From Octopus vulgaris (lineage: Eukaryota): DNA of 64,000 nucleotides. Location: the NCBI GenBank assembly GCA_951406725.2, contig OX597817.1:106206001-106270000 (forward strand). The letters run 5' to 3'. The translations under genes and the position numbers were made by a program. Under the pieces are notes generated by a model. The model was not told the DNA's origin. It ran no database searches and saw only the letters and a list, made by a program, of their open reading frames with translations. How positions within the stretch are numbered: position 1 is the first letter of the stretch; the number at the start of each line of letters is the position of its first letter. Shown in pieces: positions 27,901 to 41,100 of the stretch.

Positions 27901-30900
27901 TGACTATAGAGCATGCTTACCTATTGGTCTATGATTTGTATATGTGGCTGTGTGGTGGAAGAGTTTACTTCACAACTTTGTGGCTCTAGATTCAAACCAG
28001 AACCACCTAGTTGCACAATACTTTTGGGCAAGTGTTTTCGACCATATCATGTGTACCATTTGTTGATTTATCAATATAAGACATAAATTTGTTGAGAGAA
28101 AAAATATAATAAAAACATTCTTTTACAAGAAGTTCCTGTCACATGGCTAAATGTTCCCTTTATACTCTGACTGTCAGAAATAAAATGAACTAATTATTGT
28201 CCTCATGGAAATCTATGACCAATGATACCAAAATAAACAAACTGCCTGTGCTGTATTAATGTCACCCCCAGAGATGCTTACTTTTCAAAGATTCAGTCCT
28301 CTTGGTTCTACATTATACACCACAGATCAGGCGACCTCTATAAACAGTGTATTACTTTAAATGATTTCTAATATTGCTAATGATTCTGCCAGCTTGCTGT
28401 CTTCACATTCTGAGTTGAATTTCCGCCAAGGTCAACTTTGCCTTTCATCCTTTCAGAGTCAGTCAATAACATAAGTACCAGTTAGGTACTGAGATCACTG
28501 TAACCAATTTACCCACTTCCCTGAACTTACTGGCCTTGTACTAAAATTTGAAATCAATATTGCTAGAAGGACTTGCATTCATCAGGAGAATATAGTTAAT
28601 TAAACTGATCCCCAATAATTGACTGGTACTTTATTTTATTGATCACAGAAGGATGATAAGCAAAATTATTTGGACTGCAAATGTAAAAAATAATGACTAA
28701 ATACCATAATTGATAGGTGTTTTGTTAGCTTTCATAGCTGAAGTGAAATCCATTGTCATTTAGCCATCTTTAAACCACTTCATAACAATGTCTTAGTTGA
28801 TGACACAATGGACACTGCTCAGTGAGATTTTAGTTGTACTCTAAAGCAGTTTTGTGTGTGTGTTGTTTGGTTGTTCTTTTGCTTTTGAGAGGGGGTTTTT
28901 TTTTCCATTTCAATAAAAATCTAAAATAAAATGTTTATTCTCTTTACTCTGTTACAATCACATTTATAGAAAATCTAATAAAAACAAATATTTAGACCAA
29001 TTCAAATGTTTGGAACATTCTTGAACTGATATAAATGTTTAATTCACAACACTGCTTTCATGTGCCAACTGCATATTAAATTAAAACAATTTTATTGACA
29101 GATGTCTCTCCTCCAAAGAAAACTTTGAAAAACATGAGCGAAAGCTTGATTTCAGTAAGTTATTACTACATCAATATATAACTGCTACAGTATTACAATA
29201 CTGTTTCCACATTTTGACTGATCTGTTAGACTGAGAAGTAGCTTTTATAGATTTATAACATAACTCTTTACTTTTTTAAAGGAGCATAAGATAAATGTAA
29301 ATGTTGGTATTAGGAGGGGCATCCAGCCGTAAAAAACCATGCCAAATCAGACTGGAGTCTGGTGCAGCCTTTCAGCTTACCAACCCTGATCAAACTGTCC
29401 AACCCATGCCAGCATGGACAATGGACATTAAATGATGATGATAATGATGATTACAATACTTCTACTTCAGTTTTGACTTAATTTCTTTCTATTTTATATT
29501 TTACAATCCTGGTAATTAGAGTTATTTTTATCTGACTAAAGAATTATGTTAATCCTGGGAAACATACATAAAAACGTCCGATGTTAAGAAAGCCATGTGA
29601 GAATATCGTAATATTTACAGATCCCAGTTTTGCTATTGTTTTAACATGCCTATGAAAGGCACCAGATCCATTGCTGTAGTGAATGATATCTCTATTTATA
29701 TGAAATCAGACAAAGTTATCCAGAAGTTGTGCACCATCCTATACAATTTAAATTAATATTTATCAGTTTATATTGTATGGCTTCATTGATCTACCAAGTG
29801 CAGCTCTGTGTGTTTTGTTCCATGTTTGATTTTTGGTTTTATATTTTCTGATATAAATATATACAGCAGTTTACTTGTATAGTGCCTTGTAGTGCTGCTA
29901 TCTCTAATGTGTATAACTTTTGGAATGTCAGTTTATGAAAATATCAGGTCATCCCATAAGTTCTGTCCGAATTTTGAATAAAGAAAACAAGTGATCAAAT
30001 GTTATATTTGATTGAAATATAATCATCAATGTACTTTCCCTGATTATCTATGACTTCCTTCCATTTATTTACAAACTTTTTAATCCCATCAATGTAAAAC
30101 TTTTTTGGTTTCAAAGCAAAGAACTCTGAAATGTCAGTTTCGACCTCCTCCTGGCTTGCAAAAGTTATGTCCCCCAAATGATTCTGTAAACTACGAAACA
30201 AATGGTAGTCTGAAGGAGCGAGGTCGGGAGAATAAGGTGGATGAGGAATTTTTTCCCAACCAAGCTCTTCGATCTTCTGTGATGTGATCTTTGCAGTGTG
30301 TGGTCGCAAATTGTCCTGATGAAACATCACTCCTTTTCGATTCACTAAAACGGGCCTTTTTTTCTTCAAAGCTTGGTTCAAACATTCTAATTGCTGACAG
30401 TAGATTTGAGCATTGATTGTTGCATAAGGTGGTAACAATTCAAAGTGAATTACTCCTTTGCAATCCCACCAGATAGAAGAACCTTTTTTCTATGAAGTTC
30501 CCTTCTTGGTTGTGGTTGAGCTTTTTCTCTTTTACCAAGTCACTGTTTACGACATTTAACATTTCAATAGAAGATCCATTTTCCATCACCAGTCACAAAT
30601 CTATCCAAAAAGGGTGAAATGAGTTCGTGAGACTGGCAAGAAGAGCAGATGTCAAACTCAGGATTTACGGTTGCTTTTGGACAATTCATGAGACACCCAT
30701 TTTTCAAGTTTAGGACCCTTTCCAAATTGTTGAAGATGACAATGAACAGTTGCTATGGTTTGAACTAAGCTTTATTGCCAATTCTTCAACTGATAGTGTA
30801 GGATTTTCTTCAAGGAGCTTATCATCAAACTCAACTGGATGTCCTGTTTGATCTTCATCTTCAAGGCTGAAATATCCACTTCTGAATTTTGCAAACCATC

Positions 30901-33496
30901 TTCTGCAAGTTCTTTCATTCAAGCATTCTTTCCCATAAACTGAGTGTATGTTTCAAGTCACTTCAGCAGCAGAGTTTCCTTTTTTGTACTCATAAAGTAT
31001 TATGTGCCTTAAATGTTCTTTGGATACTCCCATGTTAGAAAGGGTTTTAATCAAAGAAATTTTAATTCTATTATTCTGTAAAATAATATTTAACTAGTTT
31101 AAATGTACACAAATACATAAAAATAATTGTTGATTCCATTAGACATTCTAAAATACTATTAAATTTTAAAGAAGGTAAAATCGGACAGAACTCATGGGAT
31201 GACCAGATAATCTAGAATGTCTCTCCTTTTTGCCATTTTCTGTAGATGTTCTTATGATTATTACAAAAATGTATACTAATTTTGAATATCATTTCATATT
31301 TTGATATACTTGATGATATTTAAACAAGGTTCGTTTACTTTTATTTCCTTACATTACAGGCAAAGCTTGTTCCGGCTTCCAACGTATTTTTTAGTTCTAC
31401 ATGCAACAAAGGTGCGCATATAATTTTAATCTGTTTTGGGCTTTTATTTGTTTATTTATATGATTAGGCACAAGTATAGCTATGTGACAAAGCAGTTCAC
31501 CTCCCAACCATGTGCTTTTGGGTTCAGTTCCACTGCATGATACTTAGGACAAAAATCTTTTAGTATAGACCTAAACCAACCAAAACTTTGTGAGTAGATT
31601 TGGTAGATAGAAACTGAAAGAAGCTCATCGTGTGTGTGATAGATAGACATGTAACGTATATTTTTTCAGACAATCATACTGACTTTCCCATAACAGCATG
31701 TATGTCAACTTGTTAATTTTGGGGAATTCCTGATTCATGAGATTATCTCCCCTTCTCGTTTGGAGTTGGTACCAATTTCCACCACAAAAAATTAGTTTAC
31801 CTGCTCTGGAAAGCAGAGATAATTTCAGTAAATCAAGAATTTATCTGAACAAAGAGTCATTAATAAGAGATTAGTAATCTAAGCAAAATACTTTTTGGTA
31901 CTTGGCATTGAAATCCAGGTAATCTGAAGTCAAAGTCCTTCACCATTTGACATAGGAAATCCATTTTTACATTACTTAGTTAATATAGTATGTATTCACA
32001 AAGTGATACTTAAGAAAAAGACAAATAATAGGCTTTATGCATTTATTTGTAAATTATAGACTTGCAGCTGCTGTTTCTTATATGCATTTCAAGAGCATTC
32101 ATGGTTCTGTTAACTCAGCCGATTAATTGATTGATTGGAAATGTAGTGAATGCTATTGTTGTCAGTCCAACACACCAACTGCAGTAAATTAAACCATGAA
32201 TGCACCCAAAACGCATATCAAAAACAGGTATAAGTTTATAATGCACAAATAAAATGCAAGTTACAAGGCTTTTGGCTCAAAATGCATAAAACAAATACAT
32301 GAGTGGACAAGAGGTACATATATTTTTTAATGAGTTTGACTTAGCTCCATAAATGTCATGAGTGCATAGGACACACTCATCTCATCAGATTTCTGATTAG
32401 ATCAATGTGTCTTACATACCCACAAATTTTGTCACAAAATTTAACAAGAGATATGGCACCAACACTACTTGTAGCTCATGAATTATGTGGTGTGCAAACA
32501 TAAATAAACACACAAACATGCACGTTTTTGTGTGTGTGTGTGTCTGTAAGTTTATATTTGTGAAAAAATTCTGTTGTGTAACTATGTATGTATATTTTAA
32601 TAACAAATTGTTATTAAAATATACATACATAGTTACACAACAGAATTTTTTCACAAATATAAACTAACAGACACACACACACACAAAAACGTGCGTGTTT
32701 GTGTGTTTATTTATGTTTGCACACCACATAATTCATGAGCTACAAGTAGTGTTGGTACCATATCTCTTGTTAACAAATCATCTTCTCATTTCAAACCTTC
32801 AAATATGTGTGCAGTAAGAGATCCCTTACTTGGAAAACAGGCAAGGGCTTGCAACAAGAAGGGCATCTGACTATAAAACAGTGCTTCAGTATATGTAACA
32901 ATTTATTCATGAATATATTCAACAATATATTCATGCTAGAATAAAAACATAAAAGTAAAAAGAATAAGCAATATATATATCATTTCAGTATTCTTGCTTA
33001 AAGATTAAAATTACTTGTATCACTTAATGATTTTAACTCTGTCACTGATTGTTAATCATCTGATTAAAACTGGACGTGAATTACGTCCCTTGTCTTAAAT
33101 TGACTATACTTTATAAAATCCATGGGGGCGATGTGCTATATGTTGTATCTTTTATTTGTTTCTATAACTGGACTGTGGCCAACCTGAGACTCTATCTTCA
33201 AGGATTTTAATTGAACATTCAATCCCATATTTACGTTTTTATTTTTTTTGGCTCTGGTACTTTTGTTGGTTTCTTACGCAAAACTGCTAAGTTATGGGAT
33301 ATGTAAACAAACCAACAGGTGTCAAGTGGGGAGGGAACACACTCATATATATAGGTGCAGGTGTGGGTGTGTAATAAGAAGCTTGCTTCCCAACTAAGTG
33401 GTTGCATGGTACCTTAGGCAAGTGTCCTCTACTACAACCTCGGCCCAACCAAAGCCTTGTGAGTGGATTTGGTAGACAAACTGAAAGTCCATCGTG

Positions 33497-33529
<33 letters not shown>

Positions 33530-35069
33530 GTGTGTGTGTGTGTGTGCATGTGTATATGTATGTGTGCATGTGCATGTGTATATGTATATGTGTGTGTGTG
33601 TGTGTGCATGTGTATATGTGTGTGCATGTGTGTATGTATATATATATATATATATATGTGTGTGTCTGTGTTTGCCCCCTCACCTTCACTTGACAACCAA
33701 TGTTTGTGTGTTTACATCTCTGTAACTTAGTAGTTTGGCAAAAAAAAAAACAGATAGAATAAGTCCTAGGCTTACAAAGAAGAAGTCCTGGGGTCAATTT
33801 CTTTGACTAAAACCCTTCAAGGTAATGCTCCAGCATGGCTGCAGTAAAATGACTGATACAAGTAAAAGAATAAGAATATATACACATACACACTGTGAGC
33901 TTCCACATAGTTTCTGTCTACCAAATTTACTTATAAGGCATTGGTCAACTCAGGGCTATAGTAAAGACATTTTTCCCAAGATGCTGCACTGTGACATAAT
34001 TCAAAACCAAATGGTTGCAAAGTAACCGACACTTAACCAAAATTCCTCCCTTGGTTGGGAAAAGAAAGCAATGACGTGTTAGCATTTATTTACTGCTTTC
34101 AAAACAAAAACAGAAAAAAGATTAATCTTTCAGATTTAATTTACATGTTTAAGGGAAGGAAAGTCTGATCTTTGTCAGCAAGGACACAATTATAGACTTA
34201 TTTTGGTGTATTAGACCTCTTCAGTATAGTATAAGCTTACATTGATCAATTGACAAAGATATTTACACATAGAAAAAGAATTATAATTTGCATTTTTTAT
34301 TTTAATAAATAAAATGATCTAAGGGGAGTAATTCAAATGGGCCATTGACATAAATTAGTGACATAGTAAATACCATGTGCAAAGACTTAATTTTATTTTA
34401 GTTGGAGAAAGTAAAACTGCATTAAATTTGTATTTGTTATCACCTATTGTTATTTTTTAAAATTGTAATTGTATCTTTGAAAAGAATGTATACTGAATAA
34501 ATCTGCATAAATGAACAAGCTAAGTTGAAAGCCAAAATCAACCTCAAATGTGACACACCATTACTAGGGAATCTCATGTGGTCATTCAATCTGTTAGAAA
34601 TAGCAGCCATATCGCTCTCAGATTAACTCCACTATGTTCAAAAAAGGATATATTGGATGATGTATCTCTTATCTTGTTTCAGTCATTGGACTGCAACCAT
34701 GCTGGATCACTACTTAAAATGTCAAGTGGTGTAGGGAGACTGACACACACACACAGAGGCTACAACATAGTTTCAATCTACTAAAACCACTCATAAGTCT
34801 TTGGTCAACCCGGGGCTATAGTAGAAAACATTTGCCCACAGGTGCCATGCAGCAAGACCACATGGTTGCAAATTGAGTTCCTGAACCACACAGCTGTGCC
34901 TTTGCCTATATACTCTTTACTCTTTTACTTGTTTCAGTCATTTGACTGTGGCCATGCTGGAGCACTGCCTTTAGTCAAGAAAATTGACTCCAGGACTTAT
35001 TCTTTGTAAGCCTAGTACTTATTCTGTCGGTCTCTTTTGCCAAACCGCTAAGCGATGTTGGGGGAACAA

Positions 35070-35126
<57 letters not shown>

Positions 35127-38100
35127 CATACATATATACGATGGGCTTCCTTCAGTTTCCGTCTACCAAATCCACTCACAAGGCTATAGTAGAAGACACT
35201 TGCCCAAAGTGCCACGCAGTGGGACTGAACCTGGAACCATGGGGTTCGTAAGCAAGCTACTTACCACGCAGCCACTCCTACACCTATATGTTTACAAAAA
35301 AAATGTTGCAACTGGATAACTGGAATGTTTTTGATCATAAGTCTCCTCAGTCATGTCTGACCTGAGGCTAAACAACATTGAATAAAATTAGCTTAAGATG
35401 TGACTATAAGGTCACTAGGTCTGCTATGAATGACAGCCAAACCTCCCTCAAATCTTACCCCTACTGTCTTAGAAAAGAAGGACCCATAGGATAATATTGC
35501 TGTGTGTGTACTGTTTGAATAAAAGATGGGATGGTTTCATCTTGGGTCTGCTCAATACTATGTGACCTGAGGCGAAACAACAACTTTAAAAATAATTGTC
35601 TTTCTTTTTTAAGGATGGTTTCATAGCCATGGTATTTCCTGCATTGAATACCTTGCATTCAATGCATGCTTAAAATGTAAACAAATTGAAATGATAAATC
35701 AGATTTTAATATATTGCATGTGTGTGTGTGTGTGTGTTCTACTGCCACTTGACAACAGCTGTTGGTTTGTTTATGTCCCTGTAATTTAGCAGGTCAGTAA
35801 AAGAGATCAAAAAAATAAGTACTGGGGTCAATTCATTGAACTAAAAGTTCTTCATTGCAGTGCCCCTGCATGGCTGCTGTCTAATGAATGAAACATGTAA
35901 AAGATATAAAAAAAAAAAGAATAGATAATGTTATAGGGGCAGAGTGAGTTGGAATACACAGCAGACATAAATTATAAGCCTCAGATGCCTAAATTATCTT
36001 ACAGTTTTGGTTGAATAAATTGTGTTGAAAATGTGACAACAGGTGATTAATTTTTTTTTTTTTTATATTTTATGGTTTCATATTATTGTTCCAGTGTGTT
36101 ACTGGTGTGAACAGATAGGCTATAGAAAGCAAACAACAGACACGACCTGCATGCTTCAGATGCCTAAACAGTCTTAACACTTTGAATACTTTTATTTCAT
36201 TGTGTAGGTAGTTGATATGTCTGGTATGTGTGCAGCCTGTTATAACATGGAAACCACCACTTGTTCTTAGATCTTTATAGCTTGTGTCAGAAACAGTATG
36301 CGTCTTGGCAGAGCCAGCATGTCCATGATAATATATATATATATTATCCATGATAGATCATTAGCCACTATATACGTTTTTTTCTCTCCTTGTTTTTTCT
36401 GTGTCCCTTTCTGTAGAAGAGCGTAGGCTCGAAATGTAAAAGACTTTTTCTATTCTTGAGAGTTATACTAATACATCTGTTTGTTTTGTACACCACCTGT
36501 CTTCATCTTTTGTTTTTTTCGTAAACCCTCCCTATATATATATATATCATTTAGTCAAAGAATGAAAGGCAGTGTTCATGACCCTTCTCAGAGCCTTAGA
36601 GACTGGTTGGAGGAATTTATCCAGGCAGTAGTGTTAAGCTGGGTGATAGATGAAGTCTAGTTCCTATATATTTAGAGTGTTGGTGTAGTTGTATTGATTT
36701 TCTGGAGTTAAGATTCTAGTTTGAGTTTTTGTTGCTATGTCCAAGAAGCTGTATGTAGAAATAACCAGTATGTTGTCAACGGAGAATGATGTATGGATGC
36801 ATTAGTAAAGTTGTTCGTGTGTATGTGTGTGTGTGTAGGGGGTGGGAGTTAGTGGAACAGAATCTTGTCAGTCTTTTTCAGTAGTCATGGATCTTGGAGA
36901 CTCTGTTGTTATATTAATTGTCAACATGTCTCAAGAAGTAATTAGCTAACTAAATAGGATTGCATAAACTTTTGAATCGGGAATTAAATCAAAAATTTTA
37001 CTGGTGTCTGTGATTGTTGTTTAGCCCCATATCAATCCTGATCTAGCAGACTTGTAATCAAAAGAATTCCATCATTTTCGTGTATGTGTAAGGAACTTAG
37101 AATTACATTATCCAACTTATTCGTTTATGCAATGTTGTGGTATGATTTGAGAGAGATTTGAGTACTATTTCTAATAGATCAGTAGACCATATAGAACAGC
37201 ACTTCACAATCTTTTTTACCTGTGGACCCCTTTGATTACTATTTTACTTTAGTGGGCCCCCATTGCCATTCAATGTTTAAAAACTAGTTTTAAGGAAGCT
37301 TCTTTCAGAGTTCTTATTCTGTTTTTCATACATTAACTTGTATAGGTTGAACTATGAAAAACATTAGCTGTTTTTGCAATAAATATATCTAAAGGAAAAT
37401 TTTTTCATGGACCCTTAATATACTACTGTGCATCCCCAATTTAGTGTTTTGCTTGGTGGACCCCGGTTGAGAACCACTGAGGTAAAAGATTTCTCTTGTT
37501 GGGATTGTAGAAATTTGTTGTTAAAATGGTGATTGATTGTAAAGACAGGAAGTTCTTTAATAAACCTTCAGAAATTGTAAGGGTGTTGATAGAGGAGTGG
37601 TGATTTTATTGAATGCAATTTCAGTTGTATGTATTGTGATTAAGTTTGCCCTGGGAGTGGCACAAATCCAAACTAGCTAAATGAGATGATGAGGGAGTGG
37701 TAGATTTTTAAGCAAGTCATTGGTCAAGATTGAGTTTTAGAGAGGTAGACAACTTGAAAAGCAGGATTCAGCTGTGACAGTGACATAGAAGAAACAGGAT
37801 TGGGAAGAGTATTGTAATTATAGAATGTATTCAAGGGGAAGCAATAAAAAGTGAAGGGTTATAGATCAGACTGATGAATAATTTTTTTTAAATAAAGTGA
37901 AAAAACATAAATAAATTTCTAGTGTTGTAAAAAAAGGGCTACTTGTATCCTGCTTTTAAATGCTACTGAGGTTACTATAAAATAAAATAAAGTACTAATC
38001 AAGTACTAGGGTCTATGGCAATGACTAACCCATCCCCTTAAATTGAGAACCTTGTGCCTAAATCAAAGACTATTATTAAAAGGACTATATCTCTTCTCAT

Positions 38101-41100
38101 TTTATTTGTACTAACTGGGCTGTATTGTTAACAGGATTACTTCAAAGCTGCATAGTTTGGAGTTCAATCCCACTACATGACATTTTAAGCAAGTGTCTTC
38201 TACAATGAAAGCTTTGTGAGTGAAATTTGGGAGACAGAAATATGTAGATGTCCACTAGAGGGACTGTCTATAGCAGTGTTTCTCAACCAGGGTTCCGCAA
38301 AAGGTTCCTAGGGATTCTCTGAGAAAGAGTGAGATATGCTAATTTCATGATCATAATATTACTATACATGCACAACATATTATTGGTTATTGTAATACTG
38401 TAATATAGACATCATCCGGATCTAGCCTGTTTCATTCGCAAAATCAGCCTCCTTTAATTTTGGTGTATCGATGCAGTTCTGAATTGTGATTACACTCAAC
38501 CAGTTACTTTATCTCATAAATTAAAGAATCTGTTATTTGGAATTAAAGGTGGGAAAATTTTAGCCAGTCAACAGACGGCGAAGCATTAACAGCTTGTTAC
38601 CATGACAAATACACGTTGTGTTGTGTTTCACTTCACTGGCATGTTGTGCCAGATTTACTTCACCCACGTGTTTTGTATTAATAAAAATTTATATTTATCA
38701 ATTAGAATTTTATTGTAGATATTTTTCATCAATTGTCTTAATATTTTACATATTTTTCATATATTTTGTGAAGTTTTTCTGTGTTTACATTGACTAAAAC
38801 ATTACCCAAACTTTCCCACCTTTAATTCCAAATAACATCAGATTCTTTAATTTATGAGACAAAGTAATTGGTTGAGTGTAATCAAAATTCAGAACTGCAT
38901 CGATACACCAACATTGAAAGCAATCTGAGCAAAATTAAGGGGGCCTGATTTTGCAAATGAAACTGACTAGATCCCATCATCCTATTTAACCTATTATGTT
39001 ATCAATAAAATATAACAACCATATATATATATGTGATATTTATATCACATGACCTACGATGAAAAAATATGAGAAAGATATGGTATATAATTTTTTTTTG
39101 TGCAGGGGTTCCTTGGGACATGTAATTTATTTTAAGGGTTCACAAGGGTAAAAAGGTTGAGAAACACTGGTCTGTAGGTTTAATCTGTCAACCAATTTAA
39201 CACCACTATCTGGCCATGGGATGCCTTTGGCAGAGTTTACTCTGTCAAAGTATTCTCTCCAGATCTCGTCTGGGGGAAAGAATTGCAGGCATGGAGCTTT
39301 CACCTGTGTAACTTAAAAATAATAAATAATAATAATAATAATAACTGTAGTTTTTATTTGTTGCAATTGCAATAAATTATTTTAATCAGAAGTTATCTGT
39401 ATTAGCCACAAGATTTTGCTTTCCAGATGAAACTGTATAAGGAAACCTTCTCTTTATATGCTCCGGCTACACTGGGCTAAAAAAGACATTTAACCCTTTA
39501 GCATTCAGATTATTCTGTCAGAAGTAATGCTTATTTATTCACAGTTTTGAATTAATCATGCATTATCTCATAGCTTAGAAATTTTGATGCAGTAACTGTT
39601 AATTTTTAGAATGATGTATGATTGGTGTGATAGGCCAGATTTAGCCAGTTTGAAAACAGAATATTTCAACTGGTTATGGCTGGTTCTATCCCAGTCAGTT
39701 CAGGATAGAACTGACTGGAGGACACTGACCCAACGAGTGACTGAGAGTCGACTTTGATTGAGCGGATAGAGAGAGAGATGGCTGGTTTTAAATGCTTAAG
39801 GAGTTATATCCTGAAAATAGTTAATTACATTAATCATAGCATCAAGGGTGATGTTTTGTTTTGTTTTGTTTTTTTTTTGTTGCTTTTTTGTAGGGAATAT
39901 GTTTGTAGTCCAAAGTGCAAGCACAGTGCTCATGATTCTTGGTGAGAAACTGAATATCTGCACTAAATATTTGCAATAGAATGGACTCTACCAAAGTTCA
40001 GATTATGATATTAAACTGGACAATGATTTTCACTAAGAGCAAGGTGCAGGTGGCAGGACTGGAATTAAGGGAAGGATAAAAGTTGTGCTATGAAATGTTA
40101 TTGTTGCTAGAAACCAGACCTCTCTCACTGAGCCAAGGGCAGGGGGTTTTACATAGGTATAAGAATTATAATGTGTATGGATACTTCTGGAGTGTACATA
40201 CACTAATTAGATAATTATAATCTACTGGATATGCAATGTTAATCTGTTAGAAAAGACTTAGATAGCAGAAACAACAGAGTACCTTAACAGTGTTTAGTTA
40301 TGAACCTTGATGTTCTATGTTCAAATTTCACTGGAGTTGACAAAAAATAATTACCAGTGAGCTACTGGGTTTTGATTCAATTGACTATGTACATTATTGC
40401 TCACAAAATATGTGGCCCTCTGCTAAATTTACTAATCAAGCACTGGGGTTCATTCAGCTGATTATATTTACTATTAAAAAATATGCAGTCCTCTGCTAAA
40501 ATTACCAGTTAAGTACTAGATTTGATTCAACTAACTTTTATTTTACACTATTACTCACATTAATGTTGATGCTATTGTTGTAGCAAGAAATATGAGAAAT
40601 TTGAACAATCATAATGCTAATTTCTCAGTTTGTTTTTTAACTCTAATTTACAAACTATTTCTGTCATATTAGAAAATTACTATTTGTAAATCTCACAACA
40701 AGAGATATTCAGCAACAGTACTTTGGAGTAAAGATTATTTGCCAACATAACATGACAGTCCTAGTTTAGGACAAATGTTGCTGTAATTTAGCCCCAGGAG
40801 ACATCGTCTCCAGCTGGCTATATGACATGATCTGTGTCCTTATATTTTCGAACAAGGGAATCTAGCACCCCCACTCAGCTCAAAACAATATCTGTGTATT
40901 GTCATGATTTACTACTTATCAACAGGCTGTCTAATGTGTCATAACTTGTTGCCATCCTCCAGATAAGTAGCTCTCCATTTACAGAAATACTGTGTTATAT
41001 ATAGAGTTGATAGATTAGTAGTTCAACTTTTTTTATGTGTCTATTAAAAGCTTTTTTACTTCAGTTTCACAATTATTTTTTAAAAAGTAATTTTCTGTAT

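Noticed and set aside
29995-30438. SETMAR-like domesticated transposase gene
   Set aside because: Lies within TIR/TA-bounded mariner whose upstream part is frameshifted; no SET exon.
32370-32400. Other CTGATGA matches (about 32385 minus, 47585 minus, 37871, 20145)
   Set aside because: No stem II-GAAA-NUH-stem I arrangement follows.
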